DNA of 64,000 nucleotides from Candidatus Entotheonellaceae bacterium (GTDB taxonomy: Bacteria; Tectomicrobia; Entotheonellia; Entotheonellales; Entotheonellaceae), in the NCBI GenBank assembly GCA_965238075.1, contig OZ250173.1:1536001-1600000 (forward strand). Reading direction: 5' to 3'. The notes beneath the pieces were generated by a model that was not told where the DNA came from, ran no database searches, and saw only the letters and a program-made list of their open reading frames with translations. This document shows positions 47,221 through 55,397 of the stretch, in pieces. Within the stretch, counting starts at the first letter, position 1; each line of letters begins with the position of its first letter. Made by a program: the position numbers and the translations under genes.

Positions 47221-48505
47221 AGTGCACCGTGCCGAACCGCTGACGCAGGGCGTGTACGGCGTCCTTGACGGCTTTGTTGTAGATGGCGTCGGCAATCAGC
47301 CCGGCGAGGTCCTGCATATCCGCCTCGCGCATGCCGTAACGGGTCATTTCCTGCACGCCGATGCGCAGGCCGGAAGGGTTGCGCGGCTCCGTGTCAGTGG
47401 GCAGCAGGTTGTAATTGACGATGATGTCATTGGCCTCCAGGCGCTGCGCCACGGCCACACCGCCGCCGTGCGACGCCACGTTGACGGCGAGCTGGTGGCT
47501 CCGGGTATAGCCGAACTCACGCGCTTCCACGGCAATGCCGGCGTCGTCCAGGGCGCGCCCGAGGGCCTGGGCATTGGCGACGACCTGGGCAGCATAGGCG
47601 GGCGCGTGCTGTTTCATCTCGCGGATGGCGACGAGCAGGCCCGGCAGGCTGTGCAGGTGGTGATTGCTGGAGGAGCCGGGGAAAACGCCGCGATTGGCCG
47701 CCGGCCAGTAGCGCTTCTCGTCAGCCTCGTCGAGATCGGCGAGGATGATGCCGCGCTGCGGGCCGGGAAAGGTTTTGTGCGTGCTGGCGGTAACCCAAGT
47801 GGCGCCCTCTCGCCAGGGATCCTGGAACTGGCCGCCGAGGATCAAGCCGAGCACGTGGGCGGCGTCGTACAGGATGGGGATGCCTTTGTCCCGGCACAGG
47901 GCGGCGAGCTCGCGCACCGGCTCGGGAAACAGAAAGAGGCTCTTGCCCAGCACCACCAGGCGCGGCGCGGCGCGCTCAATGAGATCGAGGCTTTGCGGCA
48001 CGTCGACGTGGTAGTGGTCTTCGCTAAGCGGCAGATAGCTCAGGGGGATGGCCTGCGCCGATTCGAGGTTCAGGGAGGCGCCGCGCGTCTGGATGCGCCT
48101 GCCGAAGACGCCGATGGTGTTGTGGCTGATGTGGCCGCCGGCAGGTGTCGAGTTGACGACGACGGGGTCGCCGGCGCGCAGGTAGCCGAGGGCGATGGCG
48201 GTATTGGCGGCATTGCCGCTGATGGGCCGCACGTCCGCCTGACGGCAGCGGGCCAGCGCCAGCAATTCCGCCCGCGCCATGGTTTCAAGGCAGTCGATGT
48301 ATTGGGTGCCCTGGTAATAGCGGTTGACCTGATCGCCCTGGTTGGGGTGCCCCTCGGCATAGCGGGCCATGAAATCCGAGTTCTGGATGTCGCGCACCGC
48401 CGCGCTCTGGACGTTCTCACTGGCGATGAGGTTGATCGTCTGCCGCTGGCGCCAGTCGTCCTGAGACGCCACGAGGCTGCGGATATCGCTGATGTCGACC
48501 GGCAT
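47213..48505 (-). CDS. glyA: Serine hydroxymethyltransferase, archaeal-type motifs
   Basis: INLIASEN, YAEGHP..RYYQG, GGHISH, YDAAH, ASTHKTFPGPQRG, VFPG..SNHHLH, PSGLRIG. Confidence 0.88.
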   Translation of the reverse strand: MPVDISDIRSLVASQDDWRQRQTINLIASENVQSAAVRDIQNSDFMARYAEGHPNQGDQVNRYYQGTQYIDCLETMARAELLALARCRQADVRPISGNAANTAIALGYLRAGDPVVVNSTPAGGHISHNTIGVFGRRIQTRGASLNLESAQAIPLSYLPLSEDHYHVDVPQSLDLIERAAPRLVVLGKSLFLFPEPVRELAALCRDKGIPILYDAAHVLGLILGGQFQDPWREGATWVTASTHKTFPGPQRGIILADLDEADEKRYWPAANRGVFPGSSSNHHLHSLPGLLVAIREMKQHAPAYAAQVVANAQALGRALDDAGIAVEAREFGYTRSHQLAVNVASHGGGVAVAQRLEANDIIVNYNLLPTDTEPRNPSGLRIGVQEMTRYGMREADMQDLAGLIADAIYNKAVKDAVHALRQRFGTVHYV

Positions 48506-48527
48506 GCGGGATTCCTCCTCATAAAGG

Positions 48528-48797
48528 CAGTGGATAGCGACGAGCGGTTAGTGGACAGTGATGAAAAGCAGTTCCCCGACCACTAGAGCACTTTCGGATC
48601 AAGACGGCTTGCATCTGGGACGCGTCTCACCTCGGCTTTCCCCCTCACCCCAACCCTCTCCCTCCAGGGGAGAGGGAGCAGCAATCCCCTCCCCCCTCCG
48701 CGGGGGAGGGTCAGGGAGAGGGGGAGTATAGGCCGGCGGATATCTTCCTGATGCAATCAGATACGGAAATGCACTAGCCACTGTTAACTGACCACTG
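48528..48797. mobile_element. Nested repeat element: heptamer array > CTAG-ended MITE (48583-48777) > family A pair (48640-48724)
   Basis: ctagagcactttcggatc ... gatacggaaatgcactag inverted ends interrupt gaccacta|gccact heptamers. Confidence 0.65.
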
Positions 48798-48800
48798 TTT

Positions 48801-50420
48801 TCAATGCGGTTCCGTGGTGGACGGCGGCTTGCCGGTCACCTCAACGAAGACGCGCACGAAGCGGGTGCCGTCGCTCATGGTTATTTCGTTGGTGAGACGC
48901 CGTGCCGCCTCTTGCAGGAAAGCCGCCGAAAAGTCGAAGGCGCTGACCGTGACATAGCTCTCGCGGTCGTGGGTGGTGACGCCGCGAATGACCCAGGCGT
49001 AGCCGTAAACGCGGTCATCGCCCATCAGGCCGCAGGAGGCCAGGGGAGCGAGGGCCAGGTAGTACTGCGTTGGGCGCTGCTGCGGCTCGGGGTAATGCTG
49101 GCACACCAGTTCTTCGAAAATGCGTGTGCCGCGGCGCAGGGCATCGACTTTCGAGCGCGTCACGGGTCCCCACATACGGATGGCCAAACCTGGGCCGGGT
49201 GAGGGCTGGCGGTGCACGACCTCCTCGGGCAGGCCGAGATAGGCGGCGAGCTGGCGGATTTCAAACTTGAACAGGCCGGCGATGGGCTCAATGACCTGCA
49301 CATCGAGCTGGGCCGGCAAGCCGCCGACGTTGTGGTGCGCCTTCAGGTTGGTAATCGATTCGATGATGTCGGCGTAGTTGGTGCCCTGCACGAGGGCGAC
49401 CGGCTGGCGGCCCTGCTGGCGGGCGTGGCGCACGAAGGTGTCGATGAAACGCGCGCCGATGGTCCGCCGCACTTGGTCGTAGTAGTGCGCCTCGCCCTGT
49501 GGGTCGGGGCCGGTATAAGGCAGTGCCTCGATGTCGGGCAGAAAGTCGTCGGTGGCCTCGACGTACGAGATGCCCGCATCGCCGAACACCTGCCGCACCT
49601 CGGCCAGCTCGCCTTGACGCAGAAAGCCGGTGTCCACGCAAGTGGCGCGCAGGCGCGCTCCGTAGGCGCGCTGGGCGAGCTTGAAGGCGACGGCGGAATC
49701 CACGCCGCCGGACAGCCCCAGTTCCACGTCGCCGTGCGGCGCGGCCTGGCGCAGCCAGTCGGTGCATGTATCGACGTACGTGGCCAGATCGTACGTGTAG
49801 TCGCGCTCGCAGCCGGCGAGGGTGAAGGCGACATGCGCCAGGAAGGCGTCGCCGTTCTCGGTGTGATCGACCTCCGGGTGGAACACCACGGCGTACACGT
49901 CGTCGGCGCCGACCAGGGCGTGCCGGCAATGAGCGGTACTGCCCAGGACCTTCCAACCGGCGGGCAAGACGGTGATCTCGTCGCTGTGGTTCATCACCAC
50001 CGTGCCGCCGGCGTATTCGCCGAAGGGCGCCGCGACGTCGACCTGCACTTCCCCGAACTCCGGCACCGCCGCCGACGCCACCGTGCCGCCCAGCTTGGCG
50101 GCCAGGAGTTGGGCGCCGTAGCAGATGCCCAGAACCACGCCGCCTTGGCGCAGCGCCGTCAGGTCGGCGTCGGCGATGGTGGGAGCGCCAGGGTTACCGA
50201 TGCGATCATCGCCGCCGGAAAGGATCGTCAGCTTGGCGCCGTAGCCGGCGGCGACCGCCTCCGGCACCTCGGCGGCGTGAATGACGCGGCTGCGCACGCC
50301 GATCTGGCGCAGCTGCTGGGCGATCATCGGCGTCGATTTCGAGCCGAAATGCACGATCAGGACCTGGGCGTCGTCCCGCGTGCCCCAGGCAAAACGTTGG
50401 ATGCGATTTCCGTCCGGCAT
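48801..50420 (-). CDS. guaA: Divergent GMP synthase-like glutamine amidotransferase/ATP pyrophosphatase
   Basis: GICYG, FHPEV, LSGGVDS, HHNVGGLP, PGPGLAIR, KPP; many other normally conserved positions are substituted. Confidence 0.75.
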   Translation of the reverse strand: MPDGNRIQRFAWGTRDDAQVLIVHFGSKSTPMIAQQLRQIGVRSRVIHAAEVPEAVAAGYGAKLTILSGGDDRIGNPGAPTIADADLTALRQGGVVLGICYGAQLLAAKLGGTVASAAVPEFGEVQVDVAAPFGEYAGGTVVMNHSDEITVLPAGWKVLGSTAHCRHALVGADDVYAVVFHPEVDHTENGDAFLAHVAFTLAGCERDYTYDLATYVDTCTDWLRQAAPHGDVELGLSGGVDSAVAFKLAQRAYGARLRATCVDTGFLRQGELAEVRQVFGDAGISYVEATDDFLPDIEALPYTGPDPQGEAHYYDQVRRTIGARFIDTFVRHARQQGRQPVALVQGTNYADIIESITNLKAHHNVGGLPAQLDVQVIEPIAGLFKFEIRQLAAYLGLPEEVVHRQPSPGPGLAIRMWGPVTRSKVDALRRGTRIFEELVCQHYPEPQQRPTQYYLALAPLASCGLMGDDRVYGYAWVIRGVTTHDRESYVTVSAFDFSAAFLQEAARRLTNEITMSDGTRFVRVFVEVTGKPPSTTEPH

Positions 50421-50451
50421 GATCTCCGACCTTACGGTTTGGCTCAGCATA

Positions 50452-50489
50452 CTCCCTCTCCTCTGGTGGGAGAGGGTTGGGGTGAGGGG
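50452..50489. repeat. Family A palindromic repeat
   Basis: ctccctctcctctggtgggagagggttggggtgagggg. Confidence 0.85.
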
Positions 50490-50640
50490 ATTTTTATTTC
50501 TCTTGGCACGCCGCGGCTACCATCATATGATCATCATACAAAGAGCCTGAGGGTGCTGTCTATGGAAGGTGCGAGGCGCCCCGAAGCGTCGGCGGTTCCC
50601 GGCGACGTGAATGCTTCCATGAGCGGATAAAGGAAACGTG

Positions 50641-50949
50641 ATGGCGGAAACCCGTGCCATAATGCGAGAAATCTCACCGAAATTGGCGGACCTGACCGCG
50701 GACGTGCTGTTTGGCGACGTTTGGGAACAGCCCGATCTGTCGAAACGCGACCGCAGCCTGATTACCGTGGCGACACTGACGGCGCTGTACCGCACCGATC
50801 AGTTGCGCGGCCACATCCGGCGGGCGCTGGACAACGGGGTGACGAAGGCCGAGATCAGCGCCGTGATTACCCACATGGCCTTCTACGCCGGCTGGCCCAC
50901 CGCGGCCAACGCGGTGCGGGTGGCCAAAGAGGTGTTCGATTCGGAATAG
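50641..50949 (+). CDS. Carboxymuconolactone decarboxylase family protein
   Basis: LFGDVWEQPDLSKRDRSLIT, HMAFYAGWP. Confidence 0.9.
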   Translation: MAETRAIMREISPKLADLTADVLFGDVWEQPDLSKRDRSLITVATLTALYRTDQLRGHIRRALDNGVTKAEISAVITHMAFYAGWPTAANAVRVAKEVFDSE

Positions 50950-50972
50950 CCAGGGACGCCGGAGGGGCCGGC

Positions 50973-51425
50973 TTGGCGTCACGGCCGGGAACCTATGCCC
51001 TGGTCCTCGCCTCGACTGAAACCCGCTGCCAGCGCATCGGGCGGCTTGGCGACCTGGCGCTGCGGCCCGGCTGGTACGTTTACGTCGGCAGCGCCTTCGG
51101 CCCCGGCGGCGTTCACGCGCGGCTGGCGCATCACCGCAAGCGGGCAGTGCGGCCGCACTGGCACATCGACCATCTACGTCTGCACACCCAACTGGAGCGC
51201 GTGTGGTTCACGCACGACTCGATCCGCCGGGAGCATCAGTGGGCGCAGGTGATGCAGCGATTGCCGGGTGCCGAGATGCCGCTCTCCGGTTTCGGGTCCT
51301 CGGACTGCGCGTGCGCGTCGCACTTGGTTCGCTTTGCTCGCCGACCGTCCTTTCGCCGCTTCCAGCGTGAAATCCGTTCTGTGTCCCCGGAGCACGCCCC
51401 CATTCGCTCGACCGTTACCGCATAG
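50973..51425 (+). CDS. GIY-YIG (DUF123/Uri-superfamily) nuclease
   Basis: GTYAL, YVYVGSA, HWHIDHL, GFGSSDCACASHL; TTG start with GGAGG RBS. Confidence 0.85.
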   Translation: MASRPGTYALVLASTETRCQRIGRLGDLALRPGWYVYVGSAFGPGGVHARLAHHRKRAVRPHWHIDHLRLHTQLERVWFTHDSIRREHQWAQVMQRLPGAEMPLSGFGSSDCACASHLVRFARRPSFRRFQREIRSVSPEHAPIRSTVTA

Positions 51426-51435
51426 AAAGGTTGTC

Positions 51436-52236
51436 ATGCGCAGCTTCGACGCTCTGGGTTGCAAGAAAGTCGTCATCGGTCTCGTCCACCTGCTGCCGCT
51501 GCCTGGCACGCCGTTTTACGAACCGGGCAGCACCGAGCGGGCGCTGGACAAGGCCGTGCGCGACGCCGACGCCCTGTCGCACGGCGGCGCCGACGGCTGC
51601 CTCATCCAGACGGTAGACCGCGTGTACCCCACCGGTGACGAGGCTGATTACGCCCGCGTCGCAGCCATGGCGGCCATTACCCGGGCGGTTGCCGAGGCCA
51701 CGCCGCCGGACTTCCAGATCGGCGTGCAGATCATGGTCAATGCGCTCAAAGCCTCCGCCGCGGTCGCCACCGTGTGCGGCGGCTCGTTCCTGCGCTGCAC
51801 GGCGCTCGTCGGCGCCACCGTGACGCCCTCGGGCATTGTCGAGGCCAACCCGCTCGATTTTCTCACCTACCGCGCCCGCATCGGCGGCGACCGGCTGAAG
51901 CTGATCGCCGAGGTGGACAGCATGCACTTCCACTGGATGGGCGACAAGCCCACCGCCGACGTGGCCCGCGCCGCAGCCCGCATGGGCGCCAACGCGGTCG
52001 AGGTGGCGCACCCCGACGAGGCTATCAGCAACCGCCTGGTGCGCGACATCAAGCGCGCTCACCCCCACCTGCCCGTCATTCTCGGCGGCCACACCAACCA
52101 CGAAAACGCCGCCCGCCGCCTCGCCGAGGCCGACGGCGCCTTCGTTGGCTCCTGCCTCAAATCCGGCGCCTGGGACAGCGATATCGATGTCGAACGCGTG
52201 CGGGAGTATGTGGAGATCGTTGCCGGTCTGTCTTAA
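51436..52236 (+). CDS. BtpA/SgcQ family TIM-barrel protein
   Basis: IGLVHLLPLPGTP, ADGAFVGSCLK, IDVERV. Confidence 0.85.
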   Translation: MRSFDALGCKKVVIGLVHLLPLPGTPFYEPGSTERALDKAVRDADALSHGGADGCLIQTVDRVYPTGDEADYARVAAMAAITRAVAEATPPDFQIGVQIMVNALKASAAVATVCGGSFLRCTALVGATVTPSGIVEANPLDFLTYRARIGGDRLKLIAEVDSMHFHWMGDKPTADVARAAARMGANAVEVAHPDEAISNRLVRDIKRAHPHLPVILGGHTNHENAARRLAEADGAFVGSCLKSGAWDSDIDVERVREYVEIVAGLS

Positions 52237-52258
52237 TGGCGACAACTGCGGCGGCGAT

Positions 52259-54175
52259 TCACCAGTTTACATTCAGCCCAAGTGACGCGCGGGTTGCCCG
52301 TTCGTTACTGAATTCGGCGTGCAGGGCGAAGCGCTTGGTCAGCGAAACCTCCAATTTTCCTCCCCACACGGCCCGGAAATCACCGCGGTAGCCGACTGAC
52401 TCGGTGCCCACGTAGGCCCAAGTACGAAGACCTGCCAAATGCGCGCTCAGACCCAGATGGGGGCGTAATCGCGCATGGGGAGACAGCGTGTGAACCGCCA
52501 GGTCGGCCATGGCGTATCCGATAAACCTGGACTGCAACGATGTGGCATACCCGATGCCAAAGCTTGCTGCGCTATCGTAGACAAGCTTTCTTCTGTTTTC
52601 GACGCGAACGGCACCGACGCGCAACTGCCAGGACAACGGATTTTCCCCGACGAGCGGTACGGGCAGTGTGTTAAGGCTGGATACGCGAATGAGGTCGAGT
52701 TGATCGAGAAAAATCTCGCGCCCACCTTCGAAAAGCCCCACTGCAACGTCCAAGAGCACCAGTTCGCCGCCTTCCATGCTGTTGCGGCCAACCCGTTCCA
52801 ATTTGAAAGGCGACCATGTCAGTCGCAGAAAGGGGTTCTCATGTGCGGTGTCGCTGGCCACACTGACCCCAAACGCCATCGGGTGTGATGCGTCGGCAGG
52901 AGAGGGCAGGACCGGTATGTCGGGGGTGAGCCTTGGCTGCGCCGGCAGTTGCAAACGGGCCAGCAACGTCTTTCTCTTGAGGTGTTGGAGTGCCGAGTCG
53001 TCAGTTGGCTTGCGGGACATGAACCGGTATTTGTGGTAGGCAAGCAGACTGTCCAAGACGACGATCTTGCGCTCGTTACTGAGCCCCTTCAAGCGGGTGT
53101 CAAGAGAAGACGGCCCGTCTCGAAGAATGACATTCATAGCCCTGATTTCCTGCTTTGTCAGCAGTTGCATCCGGTGCGCAAGCGTACGCTTGCTGGAAGG
53201 AATAAACCGGACGGCCTCCACGAGATTGCCGTTCCCTGAGTGTTGCCTCGCCGAGTCGATTGCGTTCAGCCTGTGGAACAACTGAACGGGTAGGTACCAC
53301 AACCGCGCTCGTTCAATGATCAGGTCATCTATGACGAGGTCCACCAATTCCGCCAAGCGGAGCGCGCAGTTCCGGGTAAGGAAATAGTAGACGAATTTCC
53401 TGCCGATGATTTCCCAGATATGCAGAATCAGCAAAGTGCGCTGATGGTTCGACAGGTCGAGCCTATAGTCCCATATGTCGCGAAACTCCGTGTGAGAATA
53501 GACGAGGTCCTGGGTGTAGAAATAACGGTCGGAGAAGCCGGCCTCATAGCCGCCGAGAAGTCCCCGTACAACATAGCGGAGCGCGCTTTCGTTCTCGGGA
53601 ATCAAGGCGCCGTAATTGAGGGTGAGATCGAACAGGCCGTAATCGTCGTCAGATGAATCGGTATTGAGCTTGAGAAGCGCGTGTCCGAAGGTGGAGGCGG
53701 GGTTGCCCAGGTAGCCGCTGACCAGAAGCAGGCTGACGGACTTAACGCGGTCAAGAAGCGCCCAGTTTGACAGGCGCCGGCAGCGGGGCTCCATCAAAAC
53801 GTAGCCAGGCAGCGGAAGTTGACGGGAAGGCCAGTAGTACCGAGCTGGAAATCGGCAGCGGGGGTGTTCGTCAGTGTCTTGCTGCCAAGGCAGGAAGTAA
53901 GCCTCAAGCGTGGCGTGCAATTCGGCTTGTGGATTGCTTCTGCCTTCAGGCGAAAGGAAGAAGTCGTCAGTTAAAACAACGCTTTGGGGCAGGCGCCCCT
54001 CATAATGCAACAGCTTGAGCCAAGTGGGGTGGCGGGCCAAATCAAGACTGGCGGCAACCTGGAGTGCCTCCGCCAGCGGGGAGGCATGTGCAGGGAATGC
54101 GCACGGGAAGAGCACAAAACAAAACAGCAGCGAGCCTGCTGCATAACGCCGCAAGCCCACTGCTGATGGAGACAC
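52259..54175 (-). CDS. DUF4105/Lnb-domain outer-membrane protein
   Basis: Signal peptide, WLKLLHY, CRFPAR, PASTFGH, RDIWDY, YYFLTRNCA, barrel-like C-terminus ending in W. Confidence 0.75.
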   Translation of the reverse strand: MSPSAVGLRRYAAGSLLFCFVLFPCAFPAHASPLAEALQVAASLDLARHPTWLKLLHYEGRLPQSVVLTDDFFLSPEGRSNPQAELHATLEAYFLPWQQDTDEHPRCRFPARYYWPSRQLPLPGYVLMEPRCRRLSNWALLDRVKSVSLLLVSGYLGNPASTFGHALLKLNTDSSDDDYGLFDLTLNYGALIPENESALRYVVRGLLGGYEAGFSDRYFYTQDLVYSHTEFRDIWDYRLDLSNHQRTLLILHIWEIIGRKFVYYFLTRNCALRLAELVDLVIDDLIIERARLWYLPVQLFHRLNAIDSARQHSGNGNLVEAVRFIPSSKRTLAHRMQLLTKQEIRAMNVILRDGPSSLDTRLKGLSNERKIVVLDSLLAYHKYRFMSRKPTDDSALQHLKRKTLLARLQLPAQPRLTPDIPVLPSPADASHPMAFGVSVASDTAHENPFLRLTWSPFKLERVGRNSMEGGELVLLDVAVGLFEGGREIFLDQLDLIRVSSLNTLPVPLVGENPLSWQLRVGAVRVENRRKLVYDSAASFGIGYATSLQSRFIGYAMADLAVHTLSPHARLRPHLGLSAHLAGLRTWAYVGTESVGYRGDFRAVWGGKLEVSLTKRFALHAEFSNERATRASLGLNVNW

Positions 54176-54188
54176 CGAAAAAGAGGGG

Positions 54189-54698
54189 TTAGCCGTTATT
54201 TATGGGTGTCGTCGATTCTGTGAGACCCCCGGACTGCTGGTTGACCAGATTGTACAGAGCCTCCGCTTTGGCGAAACGGTTTTGTTCGTGGTAGTCGGGT
54301 GCCGCCACGAGCTTGGCAAAACCGGCGCGGACCACTGTAATAAAACGCTGCTGCGCTTGTCCTTCATGTCCCGCCAGAGCCGCCAGTGCATCCAGGTAGG
54401 TGCCGTGGCCACTGGCGAGGTCCAATTCCAGTGCGTCGTACGAGTCGTGAATGAAGGCCGCCTTCTCGGCTTGCCCACCGGAGCACGAATCTGGCGAGGA
54501 GATGTTCGAAGAGATAGCCGTCGTGCCGAAGTCCCAGGTGACGTTCGTTACCGCTGCAACAGCATCGCTGCGTGGCGCGATCATGCCGCCGATACCGCAG
54601 TCGGTGTATATTTCTGCAAATTCCCGGGCCATGCCGATTTGCGGCAGCGCCAACGTCACTACCAGAATCGGAAGGAATATCTTGAGCATCCTGATCAT
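54189..54698 (-). CDS. DUF3015-family secreted protein
   Basis: Signal peptide; DCGIG, TNVTWD.GTTA.SS, DLASGHGTYLDALA. Confidence 0.7.
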   Translation of the reverse strand: MIRMLKIFLPILVVTLALPQIGMAREFAEIYTDCGIGGMIAPRSDAVAAVTNVTWDFGTTAISSNISSPDSCSGGQAEKAAFIHDSYDALELDLASGHGTYLDALAALAGHEGQAQQRFITVVRAGFAKLVAAPDYHEQNRFAKAEALYNLVNQQSGGLTESTTPINNG

Positions 54699-54811
54699 CA
54701 AGCGCCTCCTCTGTACCCTATGATTGTCGGCGGATAGCAATAGCGGATAGCAATATCCGAGTAAAGAGCAGCGATTCTAAGTCACAGTTTGCAGACGCGT
54801 CAAGATTGGGT

Positions 54812-54888
54812 TGCAGGCCACAACGAACTTGGATAAGGAGACTTGGATATTGGGTGCTGCAGGCCACAACGAACTTGGATAAGGAGAC
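54812..54888 (+). repeat. Perfect 31-bp direct repeat (46-bp period) containing the RBS
   Basis: tgcaggccacaacgaacttggataaggagac at 54812-54842 and 54858-54888. Confidence 0.9.
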
Positions 54889-54892
54889 CCCC

Positions 54893-55309
54893 ATGTTCAT
54901 CACCCTCCTCATCGTCACCTTGCTCATCGCGCTGGCGACCAGTCTGCTGGTGCTCCGGCTGTTCGACAGGCTGATCCGCAAGATCCTGGACCGCGTGGTG
55001 TCGGCGGAGTTGAGCGAGGCGTGGAACCGGTATCTGAGCTTTGCGGTGGTGGTGGTCGGGGTGTCCGGTGGCGTGCGCATCTGGAGCCTAGAGAAATACA
55101 TCACGGCGCGCGCGGACGACGGCGAACCCATCGTGCTGAACGCCGACCGCTGGATACTCGAGGTGTATCGCACGCTCATCGGCACGCTGCAGAGCGTCGC
55201 CTGGATTTTGCTGGTGTTCTTCGTCTTTGCCCTCATCGCCTACGTCATCATGCGGGGCTTTGAACTGCGGCGCCAGGGCAGGCCGCCGGAGGGCGAACAG
55301 GCGAATTGA
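54893..55309 (+). CDS. Hypothetical membrane protein (3 TM)
   Basis: RBS AAGGAG, hydrophobic helices, host-like codon usage. Confidence 0.75.
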   Translation: MFITLLIVTLLIALATSLLVLRLFDRLIRKILDRVVSAELSEAWNRYLSFAVVVVGVSGGVRIWSLEKYITARADDGEPIVLNADRWILEVYRTLIGTLQSVAWILLVFFVFALIAYVIMRGFELRRQGRPPEGEQAN

Positions 55310-55397
55310 CAGGGGGAAAGGGAACACTATACTAGCCGCAACGCCACTCCGAGGTCGTTACCGGACCCACCCTTTACCCATTGAGCGGAGGCTATCC

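Noticed and set aside
54812..54888. Direct repeat as a mini CRISPR array
   Set aside because: Only two units, a 15-bp spacer that is itself partly repeat-derived, no palindrome and no cas genes.
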